Below, piece after piece: positions 1 through 9,610 of a stretch of 64,000 nucleotides of DNA. Position numbers and translations under genes: made by a program. The stretch comes from an uncultured delta proteobacterium (GTDB taxonomy: Bacteria > Desulfobacterota > Syntrophia > Syntrophales > Fen-1087). The notes beneath the pieces were generated by a model. It made no database searches. It was not told the DNA's origin and worked only from the letters and a program-made list of their open reading frames with translations. Within the stretch, counting starts at the first letter, position 1. The number at the start of each line of letters is the position of its first letter. The stretch is from NCBI GenBank assembly GCA_963743175.1, contig CAVUOQ010000012.1, positions 257,323-321,322 on the forward strand. Reading direction: 5' to 3'.

Positions 1-691
1 TCCGATCTCTGAGGACCGCTGCGGCCTCAAATTGTAACGTTTCCGCTGCCCGCGCCATCCGCGTCTTCAGATCGGCGACCAGCGCATTCTCCCGTCCTTC
101 CAGAAAGGCCATGGAATCGCGGACCAGTTCGCGATAGGCCGCCGCTTCAATCCGACCCGCGCAGGGGGCCAGGCAGCGCCGGATCTGATGCTCCAGGCAT
201 GGCCTCCGGCGGGTGTTCATCTCCTGATCCCGGCAGGTGCGCAGCGGAAAGAGGGCCTGGAGAAACCGGAGGGTTTCCATGGCGGCGGCGCTGGACGGAT
301 AGGGACCGAAATACGAAGCCCCGTCCTTCCGGGGACGGCGGACCAGCTCAAACCGGGGAAAGGGCTTCGCCGGATCGATCCGGATATGGAAATAGGCCTT
401 GTCATCCCGGAAATCCACGTTGTAGCGGGGCCGGTGTTCCTTGATCAGGGTGTTTTCCAGGATCAGGGCCTCTTTTTCGGTCGCTGTGACGATAAATGCG
501 ACCTCCCGAACCCGGGAGACAAGAAAAGGAATCATGAAACGCCTGTCCGTTCCGCCGAAGTAGGCGCGTATCCGGGCGCGCAGGTTTTTGGCCTTGCCCA
601 CGTACAGGACCCTGTCATCGTCATCCTTCATGAGATAGACCCCCGGCGCGCGGGGGGCGTTCCGGATGCTGTCTTCGAACCCCTGGTTCAT
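1..691 (-). CDS. uvrC: excinuclease ABC subunit C, N-terminal part (gene continues beyond window start)
   Basis: The ORF runs off the window, so it is absent from the ORF track. Minus-strand translation from ATG 691-689 reads MNQGFEDSIRNAPRAPGVYLMKDDDDRVLYVGKAKNLRARIRAYFGG..., the GIY-YIG region typical of UvrC. Plus-strand ORF 188..748 is its shadow. Confidence 0.85.
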   Translation of the reverse strand, partial: MNQGFEDSIRNAPRAPGVYLMKDDDDRVLYVGKAKNLRARIRAYFGGTDRRFMIPFLVSRVREVAFIVTATEKEALILENTLIKEHRPRYNVDFRDDKAYFHIRIDPAKPFPRFELVRRPRKDGASYFGPYPSSAAAMETLRFLQALFPLRTCRDQEMNTRRRPCLEHQIRRCLAPCAGRIEAAAYRELVRDSMAFLEGRENALVADLKTRMARAAETLQFEAAAVLRDR

Positions 692-733
692 TCTGCCGAC
701 CCCCATAAAAAATCGGAAAAACGTTCAATGATA

Positions 734-859
734 GACGGCTCCGTATAAAGGTCCAGGGGCAAGGCGCACAATTCCTGAGGAATGAGGCGTACTTTTGCGT
801 ACACCGCAATGACGAAGGATGAAGTGCAACACCACATATGGCCTTTATACGGAGTCGTC
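734..859. repeat. palindromic intergenic repeat, family 2 (copy 1 of 3, inverted relative to the other two)
   Basis: GACGGCTCCGTATAAAGGTCC...GGCCTTTATACGGAGTCGTC. The termini are reverse complements of each other. The core matches the reverse complement of 58348-58475 and 7873-7998. Confidence 0.7.
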
Positions 860-2863
860 ATTCTGCTTCTCCCCCGAATTCCAGCATCAGCGCCATCAAT
901 TCCTTGATCTCGTCCCGCAGCTTCGCCGCTTTTTCAAAGTCGAGCTCTCCGGCGGCAGCTTTCATCTCCCCTTTCAGTCGCCCGATCATCGCCGGCAATT
1001 CCTCTTGAGAGGCATAGGCCATTTTTTCTTCCGAAATCAGCGGGACGCTTACATAATCCGCTTCGTAAATCGAGCCCAGAATATTGTGAATGGCTTTTTT
1101 GATCGACTCCGGGGTGATCCCGTTCTCCTGATTATACCGCTGCTGAACCGTCCGACGGCGGCCGGTTTCATCCAAACAGGCCCGGATCGATCCGGTAATG
1201 GCATCGGCATACATGATGACCTGCCCGGCGATATGCCGTGCCGCGCGGCCGCTGGTCTGGATCAGGGAGCGTTCGGACCGCAGAAAGCCCTCCTTGTCGG
1301 CATCAAGAATGGCGACGAGAGATACCTCGGGAATATCAAGGCCTTCACGTAAGAGATTCACACCCACCAGCACGTCGAACACCCCGAGCCGCAAATCCCG
1401 GATGATGCTGACCCGATCCAGTGTGTGCACGTCGGAATGCAGATAGCGCACCTTCACGCCCAGGTCCTCATAGTAGGCCGTCAGGTTTTCCGCCATGCGT
1501 TTCGTCAGGGTTGTAACAAGCACGCGTTCGTTCTTTCCCACACGATCGCGGATTTCCGCAAGGAGATCATCCACCTGGCCCTGAGCAGGCTTGACGACAA
1601 TCTCCGGATCCATCAGGCCCGTGGGACGGATGATCTGCTCCACCACGCGCCCCCCGGCCTTGTCCAACTCATACCGGGCCGGCGTGGCGGAGATGTACAG
1701 CCGGGGTTGCGGAAACCGCTCGAATTCATCGAAACGCAGGGGACGGTTGTCCAGGGCCGACAGCATCCGGAAACCGTACTCAACCAGGGTTTCCTTCCGG
1801 GACCGGTCCCCCCGGTACATCCCGATGAGCTGGGGGACCATCGCATGACTTTCATCAAGAACGATCAGGGCGTCCTTCGGCAGATATTCCAGCAGGGTGG
1901 GCGGCGGATCTCCGGGCCTGCGTCCCGTCAGATGCCGGGAATAATTTTCGATGCCCTGGCAGTAACCCATCTCTTCCATCATTTCAATATCAAAATTCGT
2001 TCGCTGTTCAAGGCGCTGCGCCTCCAGCAGTTTGTTCTGCCCCCGCAGTTCGTTGAGCCGTCCGCCCAGTTCCACCCGGATATCGGCAATGGCCCGCTTC
2101 AGATTATCCCGGGTGGTCACATAGTGGCTGCCGGGATAAATGGCGACCCTTTGCAGGGCCTGGAGTTTTTTGCCCCGCAGGGGGTCCACCGCGGTGATCG
2201 ATTCGATCTGATCGCCGAAGAATTCAACCCGAACGGCCCGTTCCTCCTCATACGGGGGAAAATTTCCACCACATCCCCCCGGACCCGAAATGTCCCCCGG
2301 TGAAAATCAATGTCGTTGCGCTCATACTGAATCTCCACAAGCCGCCGCAGCATCTCGTCGCGCGGAATGTCCATGCCTTGCTGGAGCACAAGCAGCATGC
2401 CCTGGTAGGCCTCGGGCGAGCCGAGACCATAGATGCAGGACACGCTGGCCACAATGATGACATCCGGCCGCTCCAGCAGCGAGTGCGTCGCCGCATGGCG
2501 CAGCTTGTCGATCTCGTCGTTGATGGCCGAATCCTTTTCAATATAGGTGTCCGTGCTGGGGATATAGGCCTCCGGCTGATAATAGTCGTAGTAGCTCACA
2601 AAATATTCCACGGCGTTTTCCGGAAAAAGGGTCTTGAATTCGCCGTAAAGCTGGGCCGCCAGGGTCTTGTTATGGGCCATGACGAGCGTGGGACGCTGGA
2701 CGGCCTGAATCACATTGGCAATGGTGAAGGTCTTGCCGGATCCGGTCACCCCCAGCAGGACCTGATGGTCTTCGCCCCGGCCCAGACCCGCGACGATCTG
2801 TTCAATGGCCCGGGGCTGATCTCCTCGGGGGATAAATTCCGTAACCATTTTAAATTGATTCAT
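858..2863 (-). pseudogene. uvrB: excinuclease ABC subunit B, split by one frameshift (possibly a sequence error)
   Basis: ORF 2117..2863 ([32 protein letters not shown]) and ORF 858..2189 (..VLDESH.., helicase C part, UVR tail) are the N- and C-parts of UvrB. The frames meet at the G5 run 2254-2258 (..VVEIFP | [18 protein letters not shown]..). Confidence 0.9.
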
Positions 2864-3031
2864 GGGATGAGACTAACCCGAATCTTTCCCTCCCTGCAAC
2901 AGAAAAATCACATGGGTCCGCACGCGCCGCGAGGCACTCAGTCCGTTCTGCTTAACCTAATTTAACCTTGACAAAACAATACGACTATGGTTTAGAGGGT
3001 CAGCTCATTACATTGTACCGGGGATGGATTG

Positions 3032-3169
3032 ATGAAAAAGAACTTGACCGCATTCAGCAACACCAAGAGGAAGAGAACCCACGGTTTTCTTGTGCGTATG
3101 GCCACCAAGGGCGGCAGGCGTGTCCTGAGCCGCCGGCGGGCCAAAGGACGAAAGAGTCTCACCGTTTAA
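3032..3169 (+). CDS. rpmH: 50S ribosomal protein L34
   Basis: Too short for the ORF track. My translation is [45 protein letters not shown]. The [16 protein letters not shown] signature is present and the gene lies directly upstream of rnpA. Confidence 0.9.
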   Translation: MKKNLTAFSNTKRKRTHGFLVRMATKGGRRVLSRRRAKGRKSLTV

Positions 3170-3235
3170 GAACAGGGCAAAAGGCTCCGAAGACATGGTT
3201 CTGTCCGCCGGCTTTTTGCTTTTGTTTAGTGACGC

Positions 3236-3601
3236 ATGGACAGACGAACATTCGGAAAACATGAGCGGATTCGGAAAAAAAGGGATTATCTGGCCGTCTA
3301 TCAGCAGGGGGCGCGCAGCTATTCAAGTCATTTCACCCTCATCGCGCACCCGAATCCGTCAGGGACAGGAAGATTAGGCATCACGGTCAGTAAAAAGGTT
3401 GGAAACGCCGTAAAAAGAAACAGAATAAAAAGGCTGTTACGAGAGTTTTTCAGGTTGCATAAGGAGCAGTTTCCCCCCGCGCAGGACGTTGTCATCATGG
3501 CCAGGTGGGCCAAGGGGGCCAAAGGGGCCTTGCCCCCCCTGAATTACCGGGATCTCTGCCTGGAACTGGAAAGTCTTCTGAAAAAAATACCCCATGCTTA
3601 A
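3236..3601 (+). CDS. rnpA: ribonuclease P protein component
   Basis: 121-aa basic ORF directly after rpmH, containing ..[25 protein letters not shown]... Confidence 0.9.
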   Translation: MDRRTFGKHERIRKKRDYLAVYQQGARSYSSHFTLIAHPNPSGTGRLGITVSKKVGNAVKRNRIKRLLREFFRLHKEQFPPAQDVVIMARWAKGAKGALPPLNYRDLCLELESLLKKIPHA

Positions 3602-3830
3602 AGACCTGTGCAAACATATTCTGGAAAAAGGTTTTATCGGTTTGATCAGGCTTTACCAGATCGGTTTATCCCCCCTTTTCGGTCCATGCTGCCGTTTTTT
3701 CCCCACCTGTTCCGACTATGCGATCATGGCCATCAGGCGCCACGGGCCCTTGCGGGGACCGTTCATGGCGGGCATGCGCCTGCTCCGCTGCCATCCCCTG
3801 AATCCCGGCGGGTATGACCCGGTGAGCTGA
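3594..3830 (+). CDS. yidD: membrane protein insertion efficiency factor YidD
   Basis: [12 protein letters not shown] and [12 protein letters not shown] motifs. Overlaps the rnpA stop by 8 nt and precedes yidC. Confidence 0.85.
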   Translation: MLKDLCKHILEKGFIGLIRLYQIGLSPLFGPCCRFFPTCSDYAIMAIRRHGPLRGPFMAGMRLLRCHPLNPGGYDPVS

Positions 3831-3857
3831 ATTAAATCAATACCTTCGGAGGTCTAA

Positions 3858-5553
3858 ATGGACAAGAAGTCCCTTATTGCCATTGTTTTGTCTATTCTGG
3901 TGGTTTTTATCTACCAGACGTATTTTGCACCACCGCGGCCACCCAAACAGCCGGACCCCACAATCAAGGAAACCCCCGCAGCGCCGGATGCCAAGCAGGT
4001 TATGGCGCCCGCGACCGGCTGCCAAGCAGACCATGGCAGCCGCGCCGGAACGGAAAGCGCCGGCCTTGGCCAAAGCCAAACCGGCCGCTGTGCCGGTAGT
4101 CATCCCGGAAAAAGAGATCACCGTCGATGCCAAACTCTACAGGGCCGTTTTTACGACGAAAGGCGCTGTGCTGAAATCGTTCAAATTAAAGGACTACCGC
4201 AAAACACCGGCCAAAGATGCGGAATTGATCGAACTGGTCCGGATCAAAGAGGGCATGCCCGGACCGCTTGGCATGACCTTTTCCGAATCCGATATCGCTA
4301 TCCCCGCCGACGGAATGTATGAAACGGACACCACGGCTCTGGACCTGAGCAAGGCACCCGAGCGGAACCGTTTGACGCTTTCCCGGACCTATCCCGATCA
4401 GATAAAAGTGGAAAAGATTTATACGTTCAATCCGTCCGGGTATAACTTGGAACTGGAGGTCCGGGTTTACAATCTCTCCGGCGCCCCCATCAACCAGAAC
4501 GCCCTGTTGAGCTGGCACGAATATGTGGATCCCAAGGCCAAGACGGACAGCTACACCCACGAAGGCCCCGTGATCTTTGTCGCAAAAAGCGTCGAACGCG
4601 AAGAGGTCAAGAACATCACCAAGGAAAAAAGCTTCGGACCGGACGTGTCCTGGGGCGGATTCGAAACCAAGTACTTCATCGCCGCGATGATCCCCCAGAA
4701 TCCGTCGCTGACCAGCCTCGTTGTGTCTCAGGACAGCCGGAATATGGTTTCCACGAGCCTGAAAGGCCCGAAACATCTGATCCCCGCCGGGCAGGCCGGG
4801 TCGTTCAGTTACACGCTTTTCCTCGGTCCGAAGGATCACAGCATCCTCAAGGCCCTGGGCGTCGGCCTGGAAGACGCCATCGACTTTGGATCATGGATGA
4901 AGTGGCTGGCCATGCCGATGCTTGTTATCCTCAAGTATATCAACAACTTCGTAAATAATTACGGCATCACGATCATCATCCTGACGATCCTGATCAAAAT
5001 CGCCTTCTGGCCCTTGGGAAACAAGAGCTACAAATCCATGAAGGAAATGCAGAAACTGCAACCCAAACTCCTGGAACTTCGCGAAAAGTATAAGGGCGAC
5101 AAGCAGAAAATCGGTCAGGAGACCATGGCCATGTACAAGACCCACAAGGTGAATCCCCTGGGGGGATGTCTTCCCATGGTGGTTCAGATCCCCGTCTTTT
5201 TCGGTCTTTACAAAACCCTGCTGTATGCCATCGAACTCCGCCATGCTCCATTATTCTTGTGGATACAAGATCTGTCAGCACCCGATACACTCTTCGGACA
5301 CATACCATCATGGATTCCTTTAATCGGAGGCTTTGCCCTGGGTCCATTACCCATAGTCATGGGGGCCACCATGTTCATCCAGCAGAAGATGAGCCCGCCT
5401 GCCGGCGATCCCATGCAGCAGAAAGTCATGCTCATCATGCCGGTGGTCTTTACGTTTCTCTTCCTGGACTTTCCCTCGGGGCTGGTCATCTACTGGCTGT
5501 TCAACAATATCCTGAGCATCGGCCAGCAATACTACATCCTGAAAAAAAAGTAA
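3858..5553 (+). pseudogene. yidC: membrane protein insertase YidC, N-terminal anchor in a different frame from the body
   Basis: The insertase core (..WPLGNKSYKSMKEMQKLQP..PLGGCLPMVVQIPVFFGLY..) is in ORF 3877..5553. The expected N-terminal signal anchor MDKKSLIAIVLSILVVFIYQ is in ORF 3858..4322. The frames meet around 4005-4020. Confidence 0.9.
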
Positions 5554-5570
5554 CTTGAGGAGAGGTTAAA

Positions 5571-6316
5571 ATGGAAACTCTCGAAATTGAAGGTAAAATC
5601 AATAGATGAGGCCATCGAAAAAGCCTGTCGCGACTTCGGCGTTTCGCGGGACAAACTGAACATCGAGATCCTTTCGGACGGATCATCCGGCTTCCTGGGG
5701 CTCATGGGCGCCAGAAAGGCCAGGATCAAAGCCGGTCTGCTTTCCATTGATGCGACCCTGAACATGACGCCCGCGCCGCCGCAACCGGAAACAACAGAAA
5801 AAATGCCGGAAGCGGACATCACCCCGGCTGCATTCGACCCGTCCGCCCGCGGCAGACGGCGCCGGGCTCGGCGAGCGGGCCAAGGCTGTTCTGGAGGGCA
5901 TTCTGGCTCATATGGGCATTGCCGCACCGGTCAGCGTTGAAGAAACGGAGGAATCGATCCTGCTGAATATCAAGGGCGATGGCGGCGGCCTGATCATCGG
6001 GCGACGCGGCCAGAATCTCGATGCGATTCAATACATTGTCAACAAGGCGGCAAACCGGTCCATCGATGGACGGAAGATGATTATTATCGACACCGAGGCC
6101 TATCGTAAAAGACGGGAAGAATCCCTGGTCACCCTGGCCGAGAAGTTAGGCGAGAAGGTCAAGAAAACAAAAAAGGCCGTCACCGTCAGTCATATGAATG
6201 CCCATGACCGCCGGATCATTCACATGGCGCTGCAGAACGACGAGTCGCTGACCACCAGAAGCAGGGGCGAAGGGGAATACCGGAAGATCGTCATCATTCC
6301 GGCGAAAAAGAATTAA
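5571..6316 (+). pseudogene. jag: Jag/KhpB-type RNA-binding protein (Jag_N + KH + R3H), two frame disruptions
   Basis: ATG 5571 follows the RBS GAGGAGAGG and gives METLEIEGK. After the A4 run 5595-5598, frame +1 gives KSIDEAIEKACRDFGVSRDKLNIEILSDGSSGFLGL. The KH/R3H part (GRRGQNLDAIQYIV.., HMNAHDRRIIHMAL) is in ORF 5912..6316, whose frame is open upstream to about 5822. Confidence 0.75.
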
Positions 6317-6322
6317 AATAAT

Positions 6323-6487
6323 AGCATTTTGCATCACTGCTGAAAAATGGTTCGCAAGCGGCGAATCAAATGTTTTCCGCCTTTCCAGAGAAAATGTTAA
6401 CGGGTTGTGAGATATCATGATTTTATCTCGTCGTCTTCTTAGCGGAAAAGATTTTTGAGCCGCGGCGAAGCCATTTTTCAAGGTCTC
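6323..6487 (+). repeat. long-hairpin intergenic repeat, family 1, copy A
   Basis: ..TTTTGCATCACTGCTGAAAAATGGTTCGCAAGCGGCGAATCAAATGTTTTCCGC...AGCGGAAAAGATTTTTGAGCCGCGGCGAAGCCATTTTTCAAGGTCTC. The two halves are imperfect reverse complements. Four more copies occur in this window. Confidence 0.8.
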
Positions 6488-6492
6488 AATAA

Positions 6493-7872
6493 ATGCCTTT
6501 TGACGACACCATCGCCGCCATTGCCACCCCTCCCGGCGTCGGCGGTATCGGGATCATCCGGATCAGCGGCCCGCTGGCCGAAACGATCGCCCGCCTCCTG
6601 TGTCGCTCCCCGAAGGGTGCAATTCCGCTGAAGTCCCATCAGCTTTACCACGCCGGGATCATCTCGCCGGCCACGGGCGCCATCCTCGATGAAGCGCTGA
6701 TCACCCTCATGCGGAAACCCCGTTCCTACACCGGCGAGGATCTGCTGGAGATCCAGGGCCACGGGAACCCGCTGATTCTGGAGACCGTGCTGACCGAAGT
6801 GGTCCGGGCAGGCGCGAGGCTGGCCGTACCCGGAGAATTCACACGACGGGCCTTTCTGAACAACCGGATCGACCTGACGCAAGCCGAGGCGCTCATGGGC
6901 CTGATGACGGCCAGAACCGGAAGGGGTCTGGAAATTGCCCACACGCAGCTGCAGGGCGCCCTGCACCGGCAGATTGAAGCCTTGCGCCAGACCCTGACTG
7001 AAATCCTGGCAACGCTGGAGGTTGCCATTGATTTCTCGGAAGACGAGGGAGAGCGCCATCACCCTGCCGACGCGGCGGCACAGCTCCAGAACGTTCTCGA
7101 CCGGATCCGGGAAATGCTGTCCACGTACCGGGAAGGCAGAATGATCCGGGAAGGCGCCAATGCCGTGATCATCGGCCGCCCGAACGTCGGCAAATCAAGC
7201 CTCCTCAACCGGCTGCTCGGGGAAAACCGGGCCATCGTGACGGCGATTCCAGGCACCACCCGTGACTTCATTGAAGAGTACATCGATATTCGCGGCATCG
7301 CCGTCAGGCTGACCGATACCGCCGGCCTCAGAAACCCCGCTAATATCATTGAAAAAGAGGGGATCGACCGGGTCTGGGGGAAATTATCCACAGCGGACCT
7401 CATCATTGCTGTTGCCGACGGCAGTACGCCTCTGACCGGGGAAGATTATGACATCCTGGAAAAAACCAGTTATCACAGCATCGTCCCGGTCATCAACAAA
7501 GCGGACCTGGATCACCGCCTGAGCGACCGGGAAATGCAGGTGTGGCTGCGCGACGCGAGACCGCTCTGGATCTCGGCAAAAACGGGCGCCGGCATCCCGG
7601 CCCTCAAGGAAGCCATTTACGAGCGACTGACCGGAGAGCAGACCGAGCAGGCCGCCGGCGTTGTGATCACCCAGATCCGTCACAAAACCGCTCTGGAAAA
7701 AACAATCGGGCATCTGCTGCAGGCCCGTGAGAGCCTGACCAATGCCATGTCCTTTGAATTTGTCGCCTTCGACCTCCGGGAAGCCTTGGACAGCCTCGGG
7801 GAAATCGTGGGCGTCACGACATCGGAGGATGTTCTGGACCGTATCTTTTCAACCTTCTGCATCGGCAAGTAG
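6493..7872 (+). CDS. mnmE: tRNA uridine-5-carboxymethylaminomethyl modification GTPase MnmE
   Basis: 459 aa. G-domain motifs GRPNVGKSSLLN, DTAG and NKAD, with the C-terminal FCIGK. Confidence 0.95.
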   Translation: MPFDDTIAAIATPPGVGGIGIIRISGPLAETIARLLCRSPKGAIPLKSHQLYHAGIISPATGAILDEALITLMRKPRSYTGEDLLEIQGHGNPLILETVLTEVVRAGARLAVPGEFTRRAFLNNRIDLTQAEALMGLMTARTGRGLEIAHTQLQGALHRQIEALRQTLTEILATLEVAIDFSEDEGERHHPADAAAQLQNVLDRIREMLSTYREGRMIREGANAVIIGRPNVGKSSLLNRLLGENRAIVTAIPGTTRDFIEEYIDIRGIAVRLTDTAGLRNPANIIEKEGIDRVWGKLSTADLIIAVADGSTPLTGEDYDILEKTSYHSIVPVINKADLDHRLSDREMQVWLRDARPLWISAKTGAGIPALKEAIYERLTGEQTEQAAGVVITQIRHKTALEKTIGHLLQARESLTNAMSFEFVAFDLREALDSLGEIVGVTTSEDVLDRIFSTFCIGK

Positions 7873-7998
7873 GACGGTTTCATAAAAAGTCCGGATGCTG
7901 CGTTGCGCTACATCCTTCGTCGTTGCGGCGTACGTCCAAGTACGCCTCTCTCCTCAGGATTTGCGCGCCTTGCCTGCGGAACTTTTTATGAAGCCGTC
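7873..7998. repeat. palindromic intergenic repeat, family 2 (copy 2)
   Basis: GACGGTTTCATAAAAAGTCCGGATGC...GCGGAACTTTTTATGAAGCCGTC. Begins directly after the mnmE stop codon. Confidence 0.75.
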
Positions 7999-8057
7999 TA
8001 ATGTGGATAGTTTTTTGACTTTTTATGAGTTCGGCAAGTAGGACGACTTCGCAGCGT

Positions 8058-8390
8058 ATGATTGAACACATCCACGAGCCGCCCGGAACGGAAGTCCGGT
8101 GTATCGGCGGTCACTATACGATCACTGAAGAGGGCAGGATGAGCCACCAGGGCAGGATATTGCTTTATTGGGTCGGCGTTGCCGCTGTCGACAGCTCCTG
8201 CTGCGGAATGGGCGGATGCCGGTTCATTCACGTTCCGGGCTATGTGAAGGCCTGGAAAAATCAAACCCGGCCAGACGGCCTGCCCGTCAGCACCGTGGAA
8301 CCCGTTGCCGACAGGGAAGACCAAAAAATCATCAAAGCGATTCTGGACCGGCAATTCCCACACTCCCAGGTTTCCTTCAGGGAAGCCTAA
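8058..8390 (+). CDS. hypothetical small Cys-rich protein
   Basis: ORF 8025..8390. I prefer the ATG at 8058 (MIEHIHEPPG..). Contains SSCCGMGGCRF. No family recognised. The antisense ORF 7998..8450 is the alternative. Confidence 0.45.
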   Translation: MIEHIHEPPGTEVRCIGGHYTITEEGRMSHQGRILLYWVGVAAVDSSCCGMGGCRFIHVPGYVKAWKNQTRPDGLPVSTVEPVADREDQKIIKAILDRQFPHSQVSFREA

Positions 8391-8477
8391 AGGCCTTATA
8401 TGGCCAACAATTATGTTTACAACGTCCCCCTTTTCAGTATATGAATCCATAATTCAAAAGCTGGAGGCGCAGTCATC

Positions 8478-9599
8478 ATGGCTAAAATTTGCAGCATTCT
8501 GATGGGAATTCTCCTCAGCGTGCTTTTTATTGCCGACGGATACGGTCAGCAGAAGTGCGTGAACGCCGAAGGCGAAGCGGCGATCGTCAACAGCGACGTC
8601 CCCTCGGCCAGAATGGAGTCCATCGCCCGGGCAAGATGGGCAGCGATCGAACAGGTCGTGGGTGTGGATGTCAAGGCGGGGAGTTTTGTACAGAATTTCA
8701 TGCTCGTGGATGACGTGATCAAAACCCAGGTCGGGGGCGTCGTCAGAAGCCATAAGATTTTGAAAGAGGAAAACAGGGGCGATACGCTGTTTGTGAAGAT
8801 CAATGCCTGCATCGAACCCGGCAAGGCGCAGCAGGCCGTCTCTTCCCTGGCGCTCAATAACGCCATTGCCGTCTTCATCCCGGCCAGGAAGTTGAGCCGG
8901 GAACTCGAGGAAACCAACATCGTCTCGGAGACCCTCATCGGCAATCTGATTGAGCAGGGTTATACGGTGACCGATATCGCCCCCTCCAGCGCCGTTGACG
9001 CCGCCGCCATCGACAACGCCGCCAGGACGGGCAACACCATGACGCTCAGAAGCGTCATGTACAAATTTCTTTCCAATGTCCTTATCATCGGCAAAATCGA
9101 CCCCAATATCTCCGTCCGCAAGGGTGAGGAAATCGGCTATGGATTGAAGATGCCTTTTGCCAATGTGACCGTGAGAATGACTTACCGCATTGTCGCCCGG
9201 AACAGCAAGACCGGCAGTATGGACATTCTGGCGGCCGGTACGGCAGAGGGAAAAGGCTTGGCCAACAGCGCCGATGATGCCGCTGCGGTCGGCCTCAAGG
9301 ATCTGGTGGAGAAGCTGACGCCCGTGATCCTGGACAAAATGGCCCAGTATATCCAGACAAATATGAAAAAGGTCCGGATCAAGGTCAACGGCGTAACCGA
9401 TCTGGATACGAACATGGAAGTAAAAAACATCCTGCAGAACGTTGTCTGGGTTTCAGGGGTGGAGGAAACGCAGATTGGCGAGTATACGGTGGGCTATCCG
9501 GAAAACAGTGTTTACCTGGCCAACAGCATCAAGCAAAAGGGTCGTTTTACCGTTGAGAATTTTACACCCTATTCCATCATATTCAAGTACGAGAAGTAA
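8478..9599 (+). CDS. secreted three-domain protein, FlgT/LPP20-like by eye
   Basis: Signal peptide MAKICSILMGILLSVLFIADGYG. N-terminal LPP20/FlgT_N-like segment (AEGEAAIVNSDVPSARMESIARARWAAIEQVVG), a middle alpha/beta segment, and a small C-terminal beta domain. Confidence 0.7.
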   Translation: MAKICSILMGILLSVLFIADGYGQQKCVNAEGEAAIVNSDVPSARMESIARARWAAIEQVVGVDVKAGSFVQNFMLVDDVIKTQVGGVVRSHKILKEENRGDTLFVKINACIEPGKAQQAVSSLALNNAIAVFIPARKLSRELEETNIVSETLIGNLIEQGYTVTDIAPSSAVDAAAIDNAARTGNTMTLRSVMYKFLSNVLIIGKIDPNISVRKGEEIGYGLKMPFANVTVRMTYRIVARNSKTGSMDILAAGTAEGKGLANSADDAAAVGLKDLVEKLTPVILDKMAQYIQTNMKKVRIKVNGVTDLDTNMEVKNILQNVVWVSGVEETQIGEYTVGYPENSVYLANSIKQKGRFTVENFTPYSIIFKYEK

Positions 9600-9610
9600 G
9601 GAGGCATAAA

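Noticed and set aside
188-748. 186-codon plus-strand ORF at the left edge
   Set aside because: It is antisense to the clear UvrC GIY-YIG coding sequence and its product is Gly/Pro/Arg-rich without motifs.
3032-3169. Atypical N-terminus of L34 ([15 protein letters not shown].. instead of the usual MKRT(F/Y)QPS..)
   Set aside because: It could reflect compensating indels, given the error pattern in this region. However, the ORF is intact and the conserved core is present, and I cannot distinguish natural variation from error without reads or orthologues.
6146-6481. ORFs 6146..6481 (-) and 30844..31296 (+) share peptide segments (..KNGFAA.QKSFPLR.., ..RRKTFDSPLANHFS..), which suggests a small protein family
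   Set aside because: The shared segments are translations of family-1 repeat copies, and the rest of each ORF is antisense to real genes or unrelated. They are not genes.
7384-7392. Perfect DnaA-box consensus TTATCCACA inside mnmE (and an 8/9 match, TGTGGATAG, at 8002-8010) in the rpmH-mnmE block that often neighbours oriC
   Set aside because: There are only one or two boxes, one of them inside coding sequence. There is no AT-rich unwinding element, no box cluster and no dnaA in the window. This is insufficient for an origin call.
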